A stretch of DNA of 64,000 nucleotides from Clostridia bacterium. Its GTDB lineage: Bacteria > Bacillota > Clostridia > Oscillospirales > Acutalibacteraceae. How positions within the stretch are numbered: position 1 is the first letter of the stretch; every line of letters starts with the position of its first letter. The stretch covers positions 1,238 through 65,237 of the forward strand of contig CAAFXS010000014.1 of assembly GCA_900767025.1 (NCBI GenBank), read 5' to 3'. A program made the position numbers and the translations under genes. Below, piece by piece: positions 21,487 through 28,727 of this stretch. Below the pieces are notes generated by a model. The model ran no database searches. It had not been told where the DNA came from and saw only the letters and a list, made by a program, of their open reading frames with translations.

Positions 21487-22065
21487 ATGTCAGCAGATAA
21501 AAATAAATCAGATGACCTGATTCTTTCAAATGCGCAATCCGGCAATGACGCCGACGCGGAGGCGCTGATTCACAGATACAGGCAGGTTGTTGAGCTTGCG
21601 GCGGCAAGGTACAAGGACTCCCCTATGGAGAGAGAGGATTTAATCCAGGAGGGTATGATCGGTCTTTTAGCCGCCATTAAATCCTATGATGCAAAAAAGG
21701 GTGCCAGCTTTAAAACCTATTCCAAAATCTGTATTGACAACGCTATGCAGACGGCACTGCGGAAATTCAACAGGCTCAAGGACATTCCGGTACAAAATGT
21801 TATTGAGTATCAGGAGGAGGAAATCCCTCTTGAAAGCGGCTTTGCCAGTGCCGAGGATATAGTTATTGCCCAAGAAAGCGTTTCACTGTTAACTAAAGTT
21901 CTTCAGCAAAATCTCTCGGATTTTGAAAATGAAGTCCTGCGGCTTCACATTGTCGGATGCAGTTACAATGAAATTGCAAAGCGGTTATGCAAAACACCTA
22001 AGGCAATTGATAATGCTTTACAAAGAGTCCGTAGGAAAATTACAAACATTTCCCTACAAGGATAA
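21487..22065 (+). CDS. sigH: Sigma-70-family RNA polymerase sigma factor, SigH-like
   Basis: Region 2 DLIQEGMIGLLAAIKSYD and region 4 ...NEIAKRLCKTPKAIDNALQRVRRKI closely parallel Bacillus SigH (KSIDNALQRVKRKL). 192 aa. A TTGACT-17 nt-TATTAT promoter and a GGTGGGAGAGG RBS lie upstream. Confidence 0.6.
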   Translation: MSADKNKSDDLILSNAQSGNDADAEALIHRYRQVVELAAARYKDSPMEREDLIQEGMIGLLAAIKSYDAKKGASFKTYSKICIDNAMQTALRKFNRLKDIPVQNVIEYQEEEIPLESGFASAEDIVIAQESVSLLTKVLQQNLSDFENEVLRLHIVGCSYNEIAKRLCKTPKAIDNALQRVRRKITNISLQG

Positions 22066-22086
22066 CAGAATTGAGAGGTAAAAATT

Positions 22087-22365
22087 ATGTTTGAAGACAA
22101 AACATTAACCTGTAAGGAATGCGGAAACGAGTTCGTTTTCACAGCAGGCGAACAGGAATTCTATGCAGAGAAGGGCTTTGTTAACGAGCCACAGAGATGT
22201 AAGGAATGCCGTGACAAGAGAAAAGCAGCTGCAAGAGCACCGAGAGAGCTTCACGATGCAGTTTGCGCAGAGTGCGGAGCAGAATGCAAGGTGCCATTCG
22301 TACCAAATGGCGAGCGTCCCGTTTACTGCAGCGAATGCTTTGCAAAAATGAAGGAAGAGGCATAA
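22087..22365 (+). CDS. Small double zinc-ribbon protein (four CxxC pairs)
   Basis: CKECGNEF...CKECRDK...CAECGAEC...CSECFAK. 92 aa. Located 22 nt downstream of the sigma factor gene. Confidence 0.6.
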   Translation: MFEDKTLTCKECGNEFVFTAGEQEFYAEKGFVNEPQRCKECRDKRKAAARAPRELHDAVCAECGAECKVPFVPNGERPVYCSECFAKMKEEA

Positions 22366-22466
22366 GTATTCAGTCAAGGGCTGTGCAGGAATGCATGGCC
22401 CTGTTATTTTTTCAAAAAAGTTCTTGACATATTATCTTTCTTGTGTTAATATTATCAAGCACAAAC

Positions 22467-22555
22467 GCAGAGGTATCGAAGTGGTCATAACGAGGCGGTC
22501 TTGAAAACCGTTTGTCCGAAAGGGCGCGTGGGTTCGAATCCCACCCTCTGCGCCA
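22467..22555 (+). tRNA. tRNA-Ser (anticodon TGA), class II with long variable arm and encoded CCA
   Basis: Acceptor GCAGAGG/CCTCTGC; anticodon stem-loop GCGGT-cTTGAaa-ACCGT; long variable arm; T-arm GTGGG-TTCGAAT-CCCAC; G73-CCA. A TTGACA-17 nt-TAATAT promoter lies at 22425-22453. Confidence 0.85.
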
Positions 22556-22596
22556 AAACGAAATCCGTTCTCATATGAGAACGGATTTCGTTTTGT
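22556..22596 (+). terminator. Rho-independent terminator of tRNA-Ser(TGA)
   Basis: Perfect inverted repeat AAACGAAATCCGTTCTC-atat-GAGAACGGATTTCGTTTTG. Confidence 0.75.
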
Positions 22597-22667
22597 ATTA
22601 TTCACTCTTCACTTTTCACTATTAACTAAAAAGATATACTACGATGCACTACGCATATGAAATAATC

Positions 22668-22736
22668 TTTGCGCAGTAAAAAAAGAAATGACACCGCAAG
22701 GGTGTCATTTCTTTTTGGCGCAGAAGGAGAGACTCG
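22668..22736. repeat. Distal copy of a 69-bp direct repeat (tRNA-Ser-GCT 3-prime end plus its terminator hairpin)
   Basis: TTTGCGCAG-TAAAAAAAGAAATGACACCGCAAGGGTGTCATTTCTTTTT-GGCGCAGAAGGAGAGACTCG. It is identical to 22832-22900, which overlaps the real tRNA 3-prime end. Confidence 0.8.
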
Positions 22737-22831
22737 CCCGGGTAAAGATAAATCTTTCCCCGGCACGCACGCAGACAACGAAACAGTCCACCGGACTGTT
22801 TCTTCGCTTCGCGATGTCCTGTTCGAGTCTC

Positions 22832-22900
22832 TTTGCGCAGTAAAAAAAGAAATGACACCGCAAGGGTGTCATTTCTTTTTGGCGCAGAAGGAGAGACTCG
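22832..22900. repeat. Proximal copy of the 69-bp direct repeat (contains the terminator hairpin at 22842-22880 and the tRNA-Ser-GCT 3-prime end)
   Basis: Identical to 22668-22736; period 164 bp. The hairpin GAAATGACACC-gcaag-GGTGTCATTTC with flanking A/T runs acts as a bidirectional terminator. Confidence 0.8.
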
Positions 22901-22970
22901 AACTCTCGCGCCGGTTGCCCGACCTACGCCCTTAGCAGGGGCGCCTCGTCACCAACTTGAGTACTTCTGC
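22880..22970 (-). tRNA. tRNA-Ser (anticodon GCT), class II with encoded CCA
   Basis: Reverse complement reads GCAGAAG-TA-...-CGCCC-cTGCTaa-GGGCG-long variable arm-GAGAG-TTCGAGT-CTCTC-CTTCTGC-G-CCA. Confidence 0.85.
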
Positions 22971-23096
22971 AAGCTGACGGGTTTTACCTGTCAAGTATTT
23001 TGCACTTTCCGTGCGTGATTTACTTTATCATAACTTTTAAAAAAAGTCAAGAGAGAAATATAAATTATTTAAACAAATTAGGATTTGCAGTGGTGT

Positions 23097-23175
23097 TATC
23101 GTAGTGGGCGGATATTATCCGCCCGAATTGGCGGGCGACTGATAGTCGCCCCTACGGTTGTTCATAACAACCATT
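23097..23175 (-). repeat. REP/MITE-like structured repeat, copy 1 (inverted relative to copies 2 and 3)
   Basis: Its reverse complement differs from 49122-49197 by only 1-2 substitutions. Nested hairpins: GGCGACtatcaGTCGCC and GGGCGGATaatATCCGCCC, closed by CGTAGGGG...CCCCTACG. A flanking GGTTGTT-cat-AACAACC hairpin is also present. Confidence 0.75.
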
Positions 23176-23237
23176 TAAACCGGAATTTTTCAATAATCAA
23201 ATGTGCTTACAAAGCATATAATATTATCGGTGATTTT

Positions 23238-23759
23238 ATGAAAAACAATTTGCTTAAAAGAACCGTTGTGGGTTTTGTTTTTGTAAGTATTGCAGGGAGC
23301 CTGTTTCATTTTATATTCCAGTGGAGCGGATACAACCGCCTTGCAGGTATATTTTTTCCTGTTAATGAAAGCATATGGGAGCACCTTAAGCTGATTTATC
23401 TTCCGTTTCTTATTTGGACCATAATTGAATATTATATCCTAAAGAAAGACAAAAGCAACATATTTCCCAAAGCCATAGGCACCCTTTGCGGTATGGCAAC
23501 GATAGTGATTTTTTACTACACCTACACCGGCATCAGCGGAAAAAACATTGAATTTTTAAACATTTTTTCATTTTTCGTAGGTGCGGCGGCAGGATTTGCA
23601 GTTGATTACCTGATGATAAAATCGGAAAAATTCAAAAGCAACAGCACCGCAGGTATAATAATATTTATCATTACAGGAGCAATTTTTGTTGTATTCACCT
23701 TTGCTCCTCCGCTTATTCCCCTATTCAGAGACCCTCAAAGCCTCACCTACGGTTTATAA
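23238..23759 (+). CDS. Small polytopic membrane protein (DUF-type; about 5 TM helices)
   Basis: The internal ATG at 23238 (MKNNLLKRTVVGF...) is preferred over the ORF-track start at 23085, which would read through the REP element. The protein is hydrophobic throughout. Confidence 0.5.
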   Translation: MKNNLLKRTVVGFVFVSIAGSLFHFIFQWSGYNRLAGIFFPVNESIWEHLKLIYLPFLIWTIIEYYILKKDKSNIFPKAIGTLCGMATIVIFYYTYTGISGKNIEFLNIFSFFVGAAAGFAVDYLMIKSEKFKSNSTAGIIIFIITGAIFVVFTFAPPLIPLFRDPQSLTYGL

Positions 23760-24504
23760 GCTCGGTGACAGCCTTAATATTTCTGCCCACATCCTGAACA
23801 CAGTGGGCATCGGAGCCGGTGGAAAATTCAACACCGGCTTTTTTTGCACACTGAAAAAATACGTTATTAACCCCAAGGGATTTTGATGTGTTCATTTCAA
23901 GCTTAACGCCATTATCCTTAAGATTTCTGCAAAGATTTTCATATGTTTCCATCAGGTCATAATCAGGATAAATACCGTGACAGGTAATTAAATCAGGATG
24001 AGCGATAATGTCAAACACACCGCACTGTGCAAGTGTATTTTCCATTTCAAAATACCGCTGATAGATTTTGTTAACATCCCTGCCAAGCCACTGATATTTA
24101 CGCTGATTAAAGGTCCAGTTATCAATCCAGTGAACAGAGCCCAGGATATAATCAAAAAAGCCGTCGGAGGTAATATCCCTAATGAAATCAATATGCTGTT
24201 CAAAATAACAGATTTCAAGCCCGAAGGACACCTTAACAGGATAGGTACGGCTGCGGATATCCTGTGCAAGCCTTTTAAACTCGTCAAGGGTATGGGCAGT
24301 CTTTGCCTTTTCGTCAAACCATCTTCGCTGATAGAGGTTATATTCCCTTGCCTCCTTAAAGGTAGGGTGAAAATCCTTAAATCGAATACTGTGTTCAAGG
24401 AGGCAGATTTCATCAAGGTTTTCCTGCACCGCTTTTTCAATAAACTGTTCAATCCAAGAGACCGTATAGGGTCCCCTTTCAATGTGAATATGTAAATCCT
24501 TCAT
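23743..24504 (-). CDS. PHP-domain metal-dependent phosphoesterase (histidinol-phosphatase HisJ/HisK-like family)
   Basis: MKDLHIHIERGPY... (HxH metal site), ...LLEHS..., ...GSDAH... PHP motifs. 253 aa. Confidence 0.65.
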   Translation of the reverse strand: MKDLHIHIERGPYTVSWIEQFIEKAVQENLDEICLLEHSIRFKDFHPTFKEAREYNLYQRRWFDEKAKTAHTLDEFKRLAQDIRSRTYPVKVSFGLEICYFEQHIDFIRDITSDGFFDYILGSVHWIDNWTFNQRKYQWLGRDVNKIYQRYFEMENTLAQCGVFDIIAHPDLITCHGIYPDYDLMETYENLCRNLKDNGVKLEMNTSKSLGVNNVFFQCAKKAGVEFSTGSDAHCVQDVGRNIKAVTELINRR

Positions 24505-24507
24505 TTT

Positions 24508-26790
24508 TTATATACTGCGATAGGATATGCCGTAAATTTTTGCATTTACGCTGTTGGTTTTTGAGCCGATACGCATACAGGGTATAAGCAGGGTGGAATT
24601 TTTAATGCCATCTTTTTTAACCATATTATTATGGACAAATTTACCCTTTGCCTTTTTAGAGAAAAACCTGCCTGTTTTAACAGCGGTTTTAAGAGCTTCG
24701 GCAGTAATTATCAGATGAATTCTTTTGCCTGCCTGTGGAGTATAGTCAAACTCATACTCGTAGCCCTCGCGGGTAAAGCCGAGCTTGCCGTTATCGGTTA
24801 TACGCAAATCGTAGGGACTGCTGAAAAGTCCGTCGGACTCCATAATAATCTGACCCGGCTTAACCTCGTTAAACATAATATCAACAGTAAGCTCTGTGTT
24901 AAGCGGAAGATTATTTTGACCTGTAACAGCATAGCTGCTGCCGCCGTTAAGTGTAAGGACATTTGAAGAACAGGAGGCATTTTCTGTCTCAAGGGCAGAA
25001 AAATCAAATTTACCTGTTGAAGAAATTTTCTTTTCAAAGGGTGCACCGATTACTGCAGCGGCGTTGTCAACAGCCGCCGCACTATGCTTGCAGGTCATAC
25101 TGCCCCAGGTTTTTTCCGCCATTAAGGGTGCACTGTCCAAAAATCTGTCAAAGGTATCGCCTTCCGTAAGACCGCTTGCACGCTTGTCAATATTATCGTG
25201 CCAAATTGCATACACACCGCCGAGGACTCTTTTCTCACCGGCAGGAAGGTTTGAGTATCTTCCTCCCTTAAGCCTTACACGGCTTGGCTGAAATCCCTTG
25301 AAAACCTTGTTTTTATTGAGATAATCGGTATACATTCCACGCATGCGTGTGCCGTTAGGAACCATATAAAGATAATGGTCAATGGTATTGATAAGCTCAT
25401 AGCCCATATCATACATTTCCCTGCCGTCTGCCCACTGGCTTGACCACAGGTTAATCTGAACATTCTTAATCGCCTCGGGCACAATGGGAGTTGCCGGCTT
25501 ATCCTTAATCCAGGTAAGTCCGCCCCACATTCTGACCTTATTTGTTTTCTTGATATGAGGCACTATTTCATTGATAAACCTACGGTATGCACCGTAGTCA
25601 GTTAGGAATTCGTCTGCACCGATATGCACTGTTACATCACTGCCGAACACAGGATTTTCACCGCCGGTATAGTCATCATAAATTCTTTTGATGAAATCCA
25701 CTGCCTCCGGCTTGCTGACATCAATGTGGTCTGTCAAGGGTCTTTTGGGCATAAGAGGAGATGTTTTGTTTCTCACCATATATTCGGGGAAAACCTTTGT
25801 GAGTGAAAGGGCGTGTGCAGGCACATCAAGCTCCGGAACAATACGCACTCCCCTGTCCGATGCCCAGGCAATAAACTGACGGAATTCATCCTTTGTGTAG
25901 CTGTGGTCCTTGGCAGTTGCCGTTTCGCCCTTTTCATTTTTAACAGAGGATTCAAGACGGAATGCCTCGTAAGCGTCAAAGGTTGAGGCGTCGCCGTTAT
26001 GAGAATAGTTTTCAAGGAAAATATGGTTGTCGCTGAGATGAATCTGAAAATCGTTCATCTTGTACCAGGACATATATTCAACAATGCGCCTGAGCATATT
26101 AAGCGACATAGGCCTCCTGCCCACATCAAGCATAAAGCCCCTGACAGGATAACGGGGATAATCCCTCATTTCACCGAAAGGAAAGCCCTTTTGTGACAAA
26201 AGCTGTAAAATTGTTTTGCCAGCCCAAATAGCTCCCGCTTCAGCCGACACGGTTACACAGATTCCGTTGCTGTCGGCTTTTACGGCGTAGCCCTCGTCGC
26301 CAAGATACGCAACATCACTATTCAGTTCAAAGAATATATCGCCCTGCTGAACACTGTCTCTTTGCTCTACATTAAAGGTACGGCTAAGCACTGTTTCAGC
26401 CTCACTGGAAAAACGGGACACACAGCCCTCAAGCTCATTTGAGGAAAAGGCGATATTTTTAATATCCGATGATTTTACACTGCCTTTGCCCACAGGATAC
26501 CACTGTGCAGGCTCGGGAATGACCTGTGGCTTTGAGGAACAGGCCTTGTGTTCACCTTTAATATTCAAAGGCACATCTGACTCCGTCCTATTGCCGTTAC
26601 CGTCAGTACAGATAAATGACAGAGTTACAGTCATATCCGTAAGCGGTGTATGCACACAAAAATCATCATCAACTATCTGCGGAAAATCCGCACCTAAAAG
26701 CTCAACATTATATCCTTTTAATTCAGAAACAACTACTCTGCCGTTGCTGACTGTCAGCACAGGGGCAATTTTGTTAGCTTTGCCGGACAT
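24508..26790 (-). CDS. GH20 beta-N-acetylhexosaminidase, large multidomain, no signal peptide
   Basis: Catalytic region ...VRIVPELDVPAH... and ...VHIGADEF... (GH20 H-x-G-G-D-E-type motif). Additional N- and C-terminal beta-domains. Confidence 0.75.
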   Translation of the reverse strand: MSGKANKIAPVLTVSNGRVVVSELKGYNVELLGADFPQIVDDDFCVHTPLTDMTVTLSFICTDGNGNRTESDVPLNIKGEHKACSSKPQVIPEPAQWYPVGKGSVKSSDIKNIAFSSNELEGCVSRFSSEAETVLSRTFNVEQRDSVQQGDIFFELNSDVAYLGDEGYAVKADSNGICVTVSAEAGAIWAGKTILQLLSQKGFPFGEMRDYPRYPVRGFMLDVGRRPMSLNMLRRIVEYMSWYKMNDFQIHLSDNHIFLENYSHNGDASTFDAYEAFRLESSVKNEKGETATAKDHSYTKDEFRQFIAWASDRGVRIVPELDVPAHALSLTKVFPEYMVRNKTSPLMPKRPLTDHIDVSKPEAVDFIKRIYDDYTGGENPVFGSDVTVHIGADEFLTDYGAYRRFINEIVPHIKKTNKVRMWGGLTWIKDKPATPIVPEAIKNVQINLWSSQWADGREMYDMGYELINTIDHYLYMVPNGTRMRGMYTDYLNKNKVFKGFQPSRVRLKGGRYSNLPAGEKRVLGGVYAIWHDNIDKRASGLTEGDTFDRFLDSAPLMAEKTWGSMTCKHSAAAVDNAAAVIGAPFEKKISSTGKFDFSALETENASCSSNVLTLNGGSSYAVTGQNNLPLNTELTVDIMFNEVKPGQIIMESDGLFSSPYDLRITDNGKLGFTREGYEYEFDYTPQAGKRIHLIITAEALKTAVKTGRFFSKKAKGKFVHNNMVKKDGIKNSTLLIPCMRIGSKTNSVNAKIYGISYRSI

Positions 26791-26867
26791 ATTAATTCTC
26801 CTTAATTAAATATTTCGACAAAAAGAGGGTGGCAAATGCCATCCTCTTTTATCTATGGAAAATGAAA

Positions 26868-28166
26868 TTATTTATTGTAGCCCTTTTTGAAGCGTTTTTT
26901 ACCCTCTTCACGGAAGGCTTCAATACCGCCCTTTTGGTCGTAAAGCTCAGCAGCCTCAAGACAAATATCAAGTGAAAGGTTAATACATTCCTCGCTGATG
27001 TTGTCGGGTGTATCAAGCCTTGTGTGATAGTAGGTTTTCGGGTCATGGTTAACACCGCAGAAGCCAACTGCCTCGATACCGTAGCGTGAAAAGCCTTCGG
27101 CGTCAACAGCACCCGGGTAAACATCGGTTTCCTTCATCTCAATACCGCAGTTAACACCTGCCTCGTAAACAAGCTCGCCTACTGCGTTTGAATTCTTCTG
27201 TGTGCCTGTGCAGCCCTGAGTATAAATCTGGAGCTGTTCAATCTCACGCATTGTATCCATTGCGATAACAACGGTTTCGATTTCCTGAAGCTCCTTTTGG
27301 TGACGCTTTGCATATGCAACGGCACCTCTTAAGCCTGCCTCCTCCGAACCGGAAAGCAGACAGCAAACCTCTGTATTTTCATATCTCTTGTTATTCTCTG
27401 CCATTTCCTTGAGAACGCCCATTGAAATATAATCAGCAGTAAGGTTGTCATTTGCACCGTCAACAATTACCTTCCAGTTAATGAAGAACATAATTGCAAT
27501 GAAGAAAGGAATTAAAATAAGCTGAATAATGCCTGCAACAAGCCAAATTTTTGAAAGATACATTCCGCCTGCAAGGTCATAAATCGTCCAGATTACATTA
27601 AAAATTGTAATAACAATAAGACCGCCGATTGAACCTGCCATTACAGGTGCAAGGGATTTAATTCCTCCGTGGAGAGAATATGTCCACTCATTAGCGGCAT
27701 CGGTATGACCGCAGAATACAATTCTTCTTTTAACATCACCTGTTGGCTTTCTGCGTGCCATAACATTGCGTGATACTTTTTTCGGGAAAAGGAAATCAAC
27801 AAATTCCCTGTACATCAAAAATTCAATAACAAGGCAGCATACTGCAAATATTGTCAGCAATGTTGCAATAATTGCAAGTGCTGAATTGTGAACAACTCCC
27901 TTGTATGTAAGCCAGTAGAAAACAACAGAAAGAATTCCGATAACTGCTGCAGGCGGAATCCATCCCATAAATGCCGCAGGATGTAGGTCAAAATCCTCCA
28001 TTTCAACCTCGTCAGCCCACTGCTCAAGCTCGCCCTTCAGGAACTTTTGAGCCTTTCGCTCACTGTGTGTTCCCGGGGCTCTGTCCTTAAAATTTTCACA
28101 AATATAACGGATACCGTCTACCATATATTTGTGTGTGCTCTCTGAAGCACCGCCGGTTAATCGCAT
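26868..28166 (-). CDS. M28-family Zn metallopeptidase with membrane-spanning insertions
   Basis: M28 ligand motifs GHTDAANEW (H, D), SGSEEAGLRG (EE) and HTRLDTPDN (H), interrupted by about five hydrophobic helices. Confidence 0.65.
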   Translation of the reverse strand: MRLTGGASESTHKYMVDGIRYICENFKDRAPGTHSERKAQKFLKGELEQWADEVEMEDFDLHPAAFMGWIPPAAVIGILSVVFYWLTYKGVVHNSALAIIATLLTIFAVCCLVIEFLMYREFVDFLFPKKVSRNVMARRKPTGDVKRRIVFCGHTDAANEWTYSLHGGIKSLAPVMAGSIGGLIVITIFNVIWTIYDLAGGMYLSKIWLVAGIIQLILIPFFIAIMFFINWKVIVDGANDNLTADYISMGVLKEMAENNKRYENTEVCCLLSGSEEAGLRGAVAYAKRHQKELQEIETVVIAMDTMREIEQLQIYTQGCTGTQKNSNAVGELVYEAGVNCGIEMKETDVYPGAVDAEGFSRYGIEAVGFCGVNHDPKTYYHTRLDTPDNISEECINLSLDICLEAAELYDQKGGIEAFREEGKKRFKKGYNK

Positions 28167-28252
28167 AATACTCCTCCAATACTATAAGTTAATACCTATT
28201 ATACAACAAACACATCTCAGTTGCAAGAATAAATTAAATATAAGAAATTGCT

Positions 28253-28281
28253 TGACAATCGATGAAAGTTAATATATAATA
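28253..28281 (+). promoter_or_regulatory. Sigma-A promoter of the tRNA-Asp/tRNA-Thr pair
   Basis: TTGACA-17 nt-TATAAT, ending 13 nt before the tRNA-Asp 5-prime end. Confidence 0.65.
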
Positions 28282-28294
28282 CATTCGCAGATGT

Positions 28295-28371
28295 GGCCCG
28301 GTAGTTCAGCTGGTTAGAACGCTAGCCTGTCACGCTAGAGGTCGACGGTTCGAGCCCGTTCCGGGTCGCCA
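28295..28371 (+). tRNA. tRNA-Asp (anticodon GTC)
   Basis: Acceptor GGCCCGG/CCGGGTC (one G.U pair); anticodon arm CTAGC-cTGTCac-GCTAG; T-arm GACGG-TTCGAGC-CCGTT; G-CCA. Confidence 0.85.
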
Positions 28372-28375
28372 CTTT

Positions 28376-28451
28376 GCTGATATGGCTCAGGTGGTAGAGC
28401 ACATCCTTGGTAAGGATGAGGTCACCGGTTCAAGTCCGGTTATCAGCTCCA
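28376..28451 (+). tRNA. tRNA-Thr (anticodon GGT)
   Basis: Acceptor GCTGATA/TATCAGC; anticodon arm CATCC-tTGGTaa-GGATG; T-arm ACCGG-TTCAAGT-CCGGT; T-CCA. Begins 4 nt after tRNA-Asp. Confidence 0.85.
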
Positions 28452-28520
28452 AAAAAAGCATTGAAGTTATGTGCGAGTCCTTTGAGACAACGACGCCGTC
28501 TTCAATGCTTTTTTCTTTTG
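28452..28520 (+). terminator. Terminator after the tRNA pair (long-loop hairpin)
   Basis: AAAAAAGCATTGAAG...(33-nt loop)...CTTCAATGCTTTTTTCTTTTG. Confidence 0.55.
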
Positions 28521-28727
28521 CCAAAGCACCTACAAGAGAGAATTTAAAATTTCAGCGTTCAAAAAGATACATAAATGTTCTTTCGGGATTGTCAAGAAAG
28601 CTTTTGGTAATTTGATAATGCTCTGCTTCCTGGTAATTAACCGATGCTATATATTTTCAATCATCAAAAAATAACTCTTTTAATATGACTGAAAATGCAG
28701 TATAATCAAATACAGAGGGTGATATTT

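Noticed and set aside
22649-23018. Three overlapping small ORFs (69, 88, 61 aa) in the tRNA-Ser(GCT) repeat region
   Set aside because: They run through the duplicated terminator hairpins and the tRNA gene itself. Their near-identical N-termini (MRSKKRNDTARVSFLFGAEGETR) simply reflect translation of the 69-bp repeat.
28382-28615. 77-aa ORF starting inside tRNA-Thr
   Set aside because: It overlaps the tRNA and its terminator. No RBS.
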